DNA of 64,000 nt from a virus, in the IMG/VR virus record IMGVR_UViG_3300036985_002246, positions 135,476-199,475 of that record; one strand, 5' to 3'. Position numbers and translations under genes: made by a program. Each line of letters opens with the position of its first letter. The first letter of the stretch is position 1. The notes below the pieces were generated by a model. That model saw only the letters and a program-made list of their open reading frames with translations, did no database searches and was not told the DNA's origin. Positions 34,918-42,735 of this stretch are shown here, one piece after another.

Positions 34918-36291
34918 ATGGTGTGGACCCCGACGACGTACCCGCTGGCCCCCATGAACGTCATGGTGGTCAGCCCCTTCGAGAAGGGAATGCTGGACAT
35001 TCGCTGGGACGACCCGTCCCTTCTCGGTGGGAATTCTGCGTACAACGTCCTTGGAGTCAACGTGTACCGGTCGGACGCCTCCGACCGTGGGCCGTTCCGC
35101 AGGGTGAACTCGTTCCCGGTCGGTGGGACGTTCTTCCGTGACTACACGGACGTGGCTCTCGTCGCCAACGAGGTCATTCCGTGGGAGACGGGCTGGCAGT
35201 CCCGTGGAGACGCTCCGAACGTCCGACGGTGGACGCTCAGGACGCGGTACCCGCAGTACAAGCCCCGGACGCAGGGGATTGCGGCGAACTCCCAAGAGGA
35301 CGTGATCGTCACGATCAACGGGCTCCCGGCTCGGATTCACGAGGTCTTCGGCCCGTCGAACGAGATCACCCTCGGAGACGCCCCGGACCTCAACCCACTC
35401 AACGACAGGTTCGTGTTCGCGCCCCTACCTACGGGTTCGGCGGACGCGGTGGTAGTCACCTACTACACGCTCAGGAACCTCGTTCAGCCTGGGGTGGACA
35501 AGAAGAGCTTCTACCGGGTGACGACGGTGGCGGAGGACGCGACTCAGCCTGGGGGTCTGATTGAGACTCCGCTGAACGTGACCATGCCCGCGTCGGACCA
35601 GCAGGTCGAGCAACTCGACTACATTTGGCGCGAGGCGATCCGCCGCAACAACTGGATCCTCACCCAGGGCGGCGAGCGCGTGAAGCTCTTCGTTCAGAAG
35701 GTCGCGGGGGTTCCCTGCGAGTGTCGGATTGACGTGGACGGTCGGCAGCGGGCCTACTCGAAGCAGCCCTCGAACCGCTGCAAGATCTGTTACGGGACCG
35801 GGTTCGTCGGCGGTTACGAAGGCCCATACGACATTATCATGGCTCCCGACGACGCGGAGAAGCGCATTTCCCAGACCTCCACAGGTCGCCGGAAGGAGCA
35901 CTCCTACGAGGTCTTCATGACCTTCACGCCGATCGTCTCCCAGCGTGACTTCGTCGTGAAGCAGAGCAACGACCGGTACTCGATCGGTCCTGTCCGTCGT
36001 CCCTCGAACCGGGGGAACGTCATGCAGCAGCACTTCAATCTCGGGTACCTCGACTCGGCGGACATTCGGTACTCGGTGCCGATCGACGGGGCGATTGCGT
36101 CCCCCAATCTCCCGTGGCCTCAGACCCGGTACACCTACAACCCGCCTCGGGAGACCTACGACGCACGGGAGGATCCGCCGTGGCCAGTCACGCCGGACGC
36201 GGCCTTGCCGGAAGCAACCGACAAGGACAACGTCCCCGGCCCTGTTCAGATTCGCTCAAGGACGGGTACCGGGGAAAACATTGACTACTAA
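34918..36291 (+). CDS. Neck / head-closure protein (T4 gp14-like) with FN3/Ig N-terminus and zinc finger
   Basis: GGERVKLF...CECR...CKICYGTGFVGGY...RDFVV...RYSI pattern; position. Confidence 0.6.
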   Translation: MVWTPTTYPLAPMNVMVVSPFEKGMLDIRWDDPSLLGGNSAYNVLGVNVYRSDASDRGPFRRVNSFPVGGTFFRDYTDVALVANEVIPWETGWQSRGDAPNVRRWTLRTRYPQYKPRTQGIAANSQEDVIVTINGLPARIHEVFGPSNEITLGDAPDLNPLNDRFVFAPLPTGSADAVVVTYYTLRNLVQPGVDKKSFYRVTTVAEDATQPGGLIETPLNVTMPASDQQVEQLDYIWREAIRRNNWILTQGGERVKLFVQKVAGVPCECRIDVDGRQRAYSKQPSNRCKICYGTGFVGGYEGPYDIIMAPDDAEKRISQTSTGRRKEHSYEVFMTFTPIVSQRDFVVKQSNDRYSIGPVRRPSNRGNVMQQHFNLGYLDSADIRYSVPIDGAIASPNLPWPQTRYTYNPPRETYDAREDPPWPVTPDAALPEATDKDNVPGPVQIRSRTGTGENIDY

Positions 36292-36339
36292 CAGGAACCG
36301 GAGAGAATCACAATAGGGGCTCTATCGCCGCCGCTAGGT

Positions 36340-37338
36340 GTGAACGTCTGCGGCGTGTGTTTTCTCCCCGTTGTCTCTCACAACGCCTACGCTCAGCACC
36401 TTCGTGGAAGGTTGGACGCCCGCCACCAGGAGGCTCTCGTCAGCTATGAGGCGTGGCTGGCAGTTCACCTCACGACGTACAGGTGCTCGAAGTGCAGGTG
36501 TTTGTACCGGCGGGAGCCTCTCACTCACAGGAGCGGGCCAGGTCTGTGTACCTCGTGCCGACACCTCAAGGAGACCCTGCCGACCAGAACCTACGAGTCC
36601 TTGGTGAATCGTAAGGACGAGGCCCCTGTCGGTTGGGATTCTCTGGTGGTGCAACAGGACGTGTGGACCCCAAACGAGGCTCTCTGCGAAGAGGTGCTCA
36701 GAGTCACCCAGGGCCAAGAGAGGGTCCGTGACGCCATGGCTAGGTTGGGCCTCAGCTTCAGGCTATTCAAGGCTGTGGGTGTTCATGTCCTTGGGGCAGA
36801 CGCCTACAAGGAATGGGCTTCAGCTAGAGAGTGGAGACGGTCGTCCAAGGTCGGGAAAGCCCATGCTGACCGTTACCGGGCGATGAGCCCTGACGAGAAG
36901 GCAGCCGTGCTCCAGAAGCGGTTCCCACGGGTGAGGTCGAAGATTGAGATCATGATGACCGACGTTCTCGTGGCACTTGGTGAGACTGACTTCGTCACGA
37001 ACCACTGGCAAGCTTTTGAGATCTTCGGTCGTGTTTCTCCGCGAGAGGCTGACATCAAGCTGACCCTCGGGGCCGACCGCAAGCTGGTTCTGCTGTGTGA
37101 CGGTGAGGCTTTCCACGGTCCAGGGTGCATTTTCGGCAACCCCGCCGACCGCATTCGCGACGACATGGCGACTACTCACGCCTACTTTGACGCCGGATAC
37201 TCCGTGGTGCGGTACTCAGAGACTGAGATCAAGTCAGGGGTGGCTGGTGGTCACTTGTCCATGATCCTGACGAGATTGAGAGCAGAGGGTGGGCGAATCT
37301 TCCGCCTATGGTATCCCGCACTTGAGGAATGGGTCTGA
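36340..37338 (+). CDS. Free-standing endonuclease, DUF559/Vsr-like C-terminus
   Basis: Zn-finger N-terminus; EADIKL...LLCDGEAFHG...VVRYSETEI; atypical codon usage. Confidence 0.75.
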   Translation: MNVCGVCFLPVVSHNAYAQHLRGRLDARHQEALVSYEAWLAVHLTTYRCSKCRCLYRREPLTHRSGPGLCTSCRHLKETLPTRTYESLVNRKDEAPVGWDSLVVQQDVWTPNEALCEEVLRVTQGQERVRDAMARLGLSFRLFKAVGVHVLGADAYKEWASAREWRRSSKVGKAHADRYRAMSPDEKAAVLQKRFPRVRSKIEIMMTDVLVALGETDFVTNHWQAFEIFGRVSPREADIKLTLGADRKLVLLCDGEAFHGPGCIFGNPADRIRDDMATTHAYFDAGYSVVRYSETEIKSGVAGGHLSMILTRLRAEGGRIFRLWYPALEEWV

Positions 37339-37354
37339 AGGAGGGCACCCCAGC

Positions 37355-38020
37355 ATGACCAAGAAGAGCACACCCTCCACTCCCCCACCGGCAGACTCGT
37401 CGATCGTGCCTGACCCCACAGACAGCCACCCGATCGTTCGGGTGAGCAAGTGGGTTGGTATCTTCGTCGGGATCGGCGGGGGCCTGGCCTTGCTGGTGAC
37501 GGGGATCTGGAAGGTCGGCGACCTCCTCAACGACCTGGAGCAGGTCCAGACCGACGTGGCTGCCCTCCGGTCCTCGGTGACTGAGGCTTCAGCGGAAGCC
37601 CGCCGTCGCAGCGACATTCAGGAGGAGATCCTCCTCAACCTACGCATTGCGGTGGCCTCGCTTCAGGCCAGGTCAGGCACGCCACGAGGCGGGAGCGCCC
37701 CGTCTTCCACACCCCCTGTCACTCGTCCGCGTGTGCCCGTAGCCCGTGTTCGGCCCCACCCAGTGGCAGATACCCCCCCGAGCCCTGAGGTGGCTGCGCT
37801 GGTGCTGAGCCTGCCACCGCTTCCTATGGCCCCACCCGACCCGCCTGTGGCCCCGCCTCAGCCGCTTGTCGCAGTGGCCCCACCCCACGTCGTGTCCCTG
37901 GCCGAGTTGCCCACGATTGTGAGGGAGGGGAGGAGCCTGGACGCCACCGCCTACGCCCGCGAGGTGGAGACGACTGACGTGGCGCTGGAGCGGGCGAACA
38001 TTCTCCTCGACGCACTATGA
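37355..38020 (+). CDS. Membrane-anchored coiled-coil protein with Pro-rich linker
   Basis: One TM helix, heptads, Pro-rich tail; GGAGG SD. Confidence 0.65.
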   Translation: MTKKSTPSTPPPADSSIVPDPTDSHPIVRVSKWVGIFVGIGGGLALLVTGIWKVGDLLNDLEQVQTDVAALRSSVTEASAEARRRSDIQEEILLNLRIAVASLQARSGTPRGGSAPSSTPPVTRPRVPVARVRPHPVADTPPSPEVAALVLSLPPLPMAPPDPPVAPPQPLVAVAPPHVVSLAELPTIVREGRSLDATAYAREVETTDVALERANILLDAL

Positions 38021-38673
38021 AGATCCAGAAGAGGCCACGACCGACTCAGAAGACCCCGCTCAGGAGCAGATACGTCGGCCCTCTGGAGCGTCAGGTTGGG
38101 GCAATCCTCGACAGGTCTGACCTTCAGTTCTTCGGGCGCTGCCTGATCAAGTACATTCGCGAGGAAGCCAAGAAGGACGCGGCCAAGACCGGCCAGGTGC
38201 CCACCTCGGACGAGTTCTACAAGTCGTTCTCGTACCAGGTGAAGGACAACACGATCGAGGTGTCCTCAAGCTGGCCCTGGATCGACCTGGTCGTCTTCGG
38301 CACCAACGGGCCGTACAAGATGACCTGGCTCACGCAGCAGGCTCACAAGGAGGGCGGCGGGAAGGACGCTGCCAAGCCCAACCCCAAGGAGGCCAAGGCA
38401 GCGCCCTTCAAGCCTCGTGGTACCTACAAGCCGCCCTCGATCCGACAGGTCGTCGAGAGGAAGAAGGCGGCCAGCGTTCTGAAGGTGCCGCTCCGCACTC
38501 GAACTGGGGAGATCGTCATTCGCACGGCCCCCCTCACGTTCGACAAGGCTTGGGTCCACCCAGGGATCGCCAAGCACAACTTTATCAACCGCGCCTTCGA
38601 GCGCGCTCGGAAGGATTGCGTCTCCCGGTTCATGGAGAAGAACATTGGGAAGATCCTGGACGGGGTACTCTGA
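38017..38673 (+). CDS. Putative neck/tail-completion protein (HK97 gp10-like)
   Basis: Helical N-terminus and HPGIAKHNFINRAFE C-terminal motif. Confidence 0.55.
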   Translation: MKIQKRPRPTQKTPLRSRYVGPLERQVGAILDRSDLQFFGRCLIKYIREEAKKDAAKTGQVPTSDEFYKSFSYQVKDNTIEVSSSWPWIDLVVFGTNGPYKMTWLTQQAHKEGGGKDAAKPNPKEAKAAPFKPRGTYKPPSIRQVVERKKAASVLKVPLRTRTGEIVIRTAPLTFDKAWVHPGIAKHNFINRAFERARKDCVSRFMEKNIGKILDGVL

Positions 38674-38674
38674 C

Positions 38675-39295
38675 GTGGGGGAGGTCGAGATCACCTGTAT
38701 TGGGGACACAGCCCATGTCCCCGACCTCGGCCTGAGAATGACCCGTGGGTCGAAGGTCCACACGAGCCTCTCCGCGATTGCCAAGTCGCGTGACCTCGAA
38801 GACGCCAAGAGCCGTGGGCTCGTCTCGGTGAGGATTCTGAGGGCACAGACGATCCGAAGGGACAGCCTACCCATGTCAGCACCCCCGGAGTCCTCCTCCG
38901 CGAACCAGAGAACGATCGCCAGGTCCGCTCACCAGCCCACCACTGAGGGGGGTGACAACCACTCGACAGACCTGCTGAGGGAACTCCTCTTCGAGATCCG
39001 TGGCCTTCGAGAAGACCTCCGGAAGCGCCAACCGGAACCTCAGACTGCGCAACTGGCGATAGCAATCGGGAACGCTGTCCGGGGTGCCTTGAGCGGCCTT
39101 CAGTTTGGGTCAGGCGGGGGAAGCACAGCCTCCTTCGCCTCGGAGCCAGAAGAGCGGTTCATTCCTCGTGGTATCGTCTCAGAGTCGGCGAAGGCTGACA
39201 TTGAGATCACCCACTCGGTGACTCCAAGTACCTCAGGTCTGGACGACGCGAGCGGGGCTCTTCGGAACGCCCGCCGCCAGACGAAAGAAAGATGA
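38675..39295 (+). CDS. Hypothetical protein
   Basis: GTG just after the upstream stop; ATGA overlap with the actin-like gene. Confidence 0.65.
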   Translation: MGEVEITCIGDTAHVPDLGLRMTRGSKVHTSLSAIAKSRDLEDAKSRGLVSVRILRAQTIRRDSLPMSAPPESSSANQRTIARSAHQPTTEGGDNHSTDLLRELLFEIRGLREDLRKRQPEPQTAQLAIAIGNAVRGALSGLQFGSGGGSTASFASEPEERFIPRGIVSESAKADIEITHSVTPSTSGLDDASGALRNARRQTKER

Positions 39296-40311
39296 CCGGA
39301 ACCATGAGCGGGAAATCCGAAACAGTCCGTGGTGTGGGCCTCGACGTAGGTACCATGAATTTCGTCTCCGCCCGGCGGACCTCGAAGGGCGTCGAGACTC
39401 GCCGAATGAGGGACGCATTCCTCGATCTCCCGCCTGAGTCGAAGAAAATGCTCAAGCTGTCGGGGGTCTCCTATGTGGACCGGGAGGACGAGATCCTGAT
39501 CCTCGGCGACGCAGCCCTCGACATGGCCAACGTCTTCGGTCGTGAGGCGCGGCGTCCGCTCTCGGGTGGTCTTGTCTCCTCCACGGAGGCGGACTCCCTG
39601 GAGGTGCTGGGGCTCCTCGTCCGGAACGTCCTCGGGCCGCCGGAGGAGCCAGGCGAGCACTGCTACTTCTCGGTCCCAGCGGCCCCGGTCGATCTGGTGG
39701 GCCGCGACGTGGTCTACCACCGTGGGATCTTCGACCGCATTGTCTCTGAGTGCGGGTACACGCCCCACTCGGGGAACGAGGCCATGGCGATCGTCTACGC
39801 CGAGACGGCGAAGGACGGCTTCTCGGGGATCGCCCTCTCGTTCGGCTCGGGCATGACCAACGTCGCGCTCTCCGTGAGCACGGTCGAGGGGTTGTCCTTC
39901 TCGGTCGGGCGGGGTGGGGACTGGATCGACGCAGGCGCGGCGAAGTCGGTCGGGTCCACGCAGGCGCGAATGTGCTCGGTCAAGGAGAAGGGGATCGACC
40001 TCAACAACCCGACCTCCAGGGAGCAGGAGGCGCTCGCCTTCTACTACAAGAACCTCGTCGAGTACGTCCTCGACCAGATCGCCCTTCAGTTCAAGGCCGT
40101 CGAAGGCCGGTTCTCGCTCCCGAAGCCGATCCCAATCGTCGTCTCCGGGGGCACCTCCCTGGCCGGTGGGTTCCTGGAGTTCTTCATCGGGGTCTTCGAG
40201 AAGAAGCGCAAGCGGTTCCCGATCCAGGTGAGTGAGATCCGAGCCGCTAGCGACCCGCTCAACTCGGTCGCTCACGGCCTCCTCGTTCAGGCTCTCCAAG
40301 AGTACGAGTGA
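39292..40311 (+). CDS. Actin-fold (ASKHA) ATPase, MreB/ParM/MamK-like
   Basis: Phosphate-1 GLDVGT, connect-1 NEAMA, phosphate-2 SFGSGMTN, adenosine VSGGTS, connect-2 DPLNSVAHG. Confidence 0.88.
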   Translation: MTGTMSGKSETVRGVGLDVGTMNFVSARRTSKGVETRRMRDAFLDLPPESKKMLKLSGVSYVDREDEILILGDAALDMANVFGREARRPLSGGLVSSTEADSLEVLGLLVRNVLGPPEEPGEHCYFSVPAAPVDLVGRDVVYHRGIFDRIVSECGYTPHSGNEAMAIVYAETAKDGFSGIALSFGSGMTNVALSVSTVEGLSFSVGRGGDWIDAGAAKSVGSTQARMCSVKEKGIDLNNPTSREQEALAFYYKNLVEYVLDQIALQFKAVEGRFSLPKPIPIVVSGGTSLAGGFLEFFIGVFEKKRKRFPIQVSEIRAASDPLNSVAHGLLVQALQEYE

Positions 40312-41003
40312 TGCCTGCGGGTGGCATTTACCTGATCAGACTTTCAGATACCCACTACTACGGTGGTAGGGCGTCCGATTTTCGCGTCAGGTGGGGGAAC
40401 CATCTCTCGGCCCTGAAGGCTGGGAGACACCCAAACCCGTTCATGCAAAACGTCTTCAGCAAGCACAGACTTTTCAATGCTTCGGTGCTGTTGGAGATTC
40501 AGGACGAGTCTGGGAGGCTCAGGGCAGAGCAGGAATGGCTTGACGCCAACTTTGGCAGAGCCGGTTGTCTCAATGTCAGCCCGTCTTCCGAGCGTGGCTC
40601 CAGCAAGGGTGTGAAGAGAGCCACCCCCGAAACCGGAAAGAGAATCTCTGCGTCCCTCAAGGGAAGGCCCTGCTCTCCTGAAACGCGAGAGAAGCTGAGG
40701 TCTGCTTCAAGGAAGCGGTGGGACACAACCACCGACTCGGAGGAAACGAGGGGGAAGAAGTCTCTCGCTGCTAGGGGACGCAAGCATACCGAGACCTCAA
40801 AGGTGAGAATGTCAGAGATTGCTCTGGGTAGGGGTGGTTTGGGGCCAAGACACCACTCGGTAGAGACACGTCAGAAGATGTCTGACAGCCAGAAGGCTCG
40901 GTTTGACAGTGCGGCCCGGCACAAGTCTTCAGAGGCGCAGAGGGCGAGGCGGGCTAGGGAGCGGGTCGCTCGTGAACAGGAGGCGACGTGTACTTCCATT
41001 TGA
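40308..41003 (+). CDS. GIY-YIG homing endonuclease with NUMOD3-like repeats
   Basis: GIYLI...YYGG...RWGNH; HTETSKVRMS, HSVETRQKMS repeats; atypical codon usage. Confidence 0.88.
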   Translation: MMPAGGIYLIRLSDTHYYGGRASDFRVRWGNHLSALKAGRHPNPFMQNVFSKHRLFNASVLLEIQDESGRLRAEQEWLDANFGRAGCLNVSPSSERGSSKGVKRATPETGKRISASLKGRPCSPETREKLRSASRKRWDTTTDSEETRGKKSLAARGRKHTETSKVRMSEIALGRGGLGPRHHSVETRQKMSDSQKARFDSAARHKSSEAQRARRARERVAREQEATCTSI

Positions 41004-42109
41004 CCGAAGCCACGCGCAGGCGTCTGATCAAGGAGATTAGGGCATATTGGTCCCTTCACCCACGCTATCAGGATCTGGTGGCGAATGTGCAGGGCAAGTA
41101 TTCCTTCGAGGAACGCCCTCAGTACGGGATCATTCTCAAGACCGGCTCGGCCACCAAGGTCCAGTTCTCGGCGGACAACTTCATGGGGACCGTGGCGAGC
41201 TATGTGGCTCTCGCGAGGATCCCTGGCTACGCCGGGCTGTCGGTCGAGTGGGTCCGAGAAGACGCCCTCGCAATCCAAGCGAACGGCGGGCGGTTCCCGT
41301 CGCCTGCGGGGGTCTACTACTGCGAAATGGCCACGGAGGACACGTTCTTCGTGGACCCGCTGCTCGACGTGAGAGACGAGCGGGTGCTCATGACGACGAA
41401 CTCGGAGGGCTCCCTTCAGGGGATCCCCTACGCCGGGAGCCTGCGGGTCTTTGAAATGCCCAGCGGGCGGCTCCTCACCCCTGGGGTGAACTACACGATC
41501 GGAGCGGACCAGACCACGATCTACCTGGCTGTGCCTCTGGCCAACGGTCAGGCGCTCTCGGCGGACTACCGGGTCGCTGGAGCGTCCACCGGGCCGTGGA
41601 AAATGGAGCCCCAGTCGGGCCTCAGCCATGTGATCCCCGGCGTCGTGCTGGTCTTCGGTCGGCGCTACCAGAAGGGCGACCGCTGGGCGGTGGTGGTGTC
41701 TCAGATCCGCGAGCCTGCGTACCTGGAGTACGGCGGCAAGTGGGAACTGAGTATCGACATTGACATTATCGCCCGTGACGTGACCTCCCAGGTCGAGATC
41801 GCCGACCAGACGGCCATGTTCCTCTGGGCGATCCTACGCCCGAACCTGATCAACGAGGGTATCGAGATCTCCGACGTGTCCATGGGCGGCGAGTCCGAAG
41901 AAGTCTACGACGAGAACGGCGACGACTACTTCTACAACTCGTCGATCTCCATGACCGTGGCGACCGACTGGTTCATGCACGTCCCAATCCTCCCCAGGAT
42001 CTTGTCCTACCAGGAGGACGTGAAGGGGCTGCCTCAGGACCTCACCCTGTCGCCGTTCAAGGACCCGTTCTTCTCAGGGAAGTTCGAGCACTTCGAGAAG
42101 ATTCTCTGA
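40988..42109 (+). CDS. Tail terminator / sheath-stabiliser-like protein with inserted Ig-like domain
   Basis: Position just before the sheath; WELSIDIDIIARD...GIEISDVSMGGESEE; internal TPGVNYTI domain. Confidence 0.55.
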   Translation: MYFHLTEATRRRLIKEIRAYWSLHPRYQDLVANVQGKYSFEERPQYGIILKTGSATKVQFSADNFMGTVASYVALARIPGYAGLSVEWVREDALAIQANGGRFPSPAGVYYCEMATEDTFFVDPLLDVRDERVLMTTNSEGSLQGIPYAGSLRVFEMPSGRLLTPGVNYTIGADQTTIYLAVPLANGQALSADYRVAGASTGPWKMEPQSGLSHVIPGVVLVFGRRYQKGDRWAVVVSQIREPAYLEYGGKWELSIDIDIIARDVTSQVEIADQTAMFLWAILRPNLINEGIEISDVSMGGESEEVYDENGDDYFYNSSISMTVATDWFMHVPILPRILSYQEDVKGLPQDLTLSPFKDPFFSGKFEHFEKIL

Positions 42110-42168
42110 TTGTGTGGCCCTTCGTGGCGGTGCTGTACCTATATCCGCCGCATTGAGGAGAGGCCACC

Positions 42169-42606
42169 ATTCCCGTCTTTCGCTACCAGTGCTCGTCCTG
42201 CGGATTGAACTTCTCTGCCCGCGTCGCTTCGGCGACGGCAAAGGCGAAGTGCGTCTGCGGGGCAGAAGCAGGGCAAGACCTCCCTCGGTCCTTCTCGGTG
42301 AGCACCAACGTCCCCACGCAGGGGCTGTCGGCTCCTGACACCGGGCTGTCCTCGCACGACTACGTCTATGACCGGGTCGTGGGTGAGGACTCCAGGACGA
42401 AGTGGGCGCAGATTGCGGCCCGCCAGAAGGACAAGGTTCGGGTGATCGAGGCTGAGGGTGTCACCGGCTTCGACCTCAGCCGGAAGCCAGACGGCACCTA
42501 CGGGGTCATGACCCCACAGCAACGAGCGGCCTCCGAGAGGTCACGGAAGTTTCACTTCAAAATGGACGCCCACGGCAAAGCCCTGAAGGCGCAGAAGGCC
42601 ACCTGA
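42169..42606 (+). CDS. FmdB-family zinc-ribbon protein, apparent ATT start
   Basis: (M)PVFRYQCSSCG...CVCG in frame with track ORF 42205; GAGGAG SD upstream of ATT 42169. Confidence 0.7.
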   Translation: MPVFRYQCSSCGLNFSARVASATAKAKCVCGAEAGQDLPRSFSVSTNVPTQGLSAPDTGLSSHDYVYDRVVGEDSRTKWAQIAARQKDKVRVIEAEGVTGFDLSRKPDGTYGVMTPQQRAASERSRKFHFKMDAHGKALKAQKAT

Positions 42607-42735
42607 ACCTGGTCACCTCCCGGTGCTTCAGCACCGTGGTCAATCACCGACTCACGCTATCCCCCGCGCTTTCCACTTCTCCTCCTTTACTCGGGAGGGG
42701 TTTGATTCACCCAGCAGTTCCAGGAGCGCGCTACC

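Noticed and set aside
39292-40311. DnaK/Hsp70 or FtsA assignment
   Set aside because: Too short for Hsp70 (no substrate-binding domain) and no division-gene context; only the fold-level call is supported
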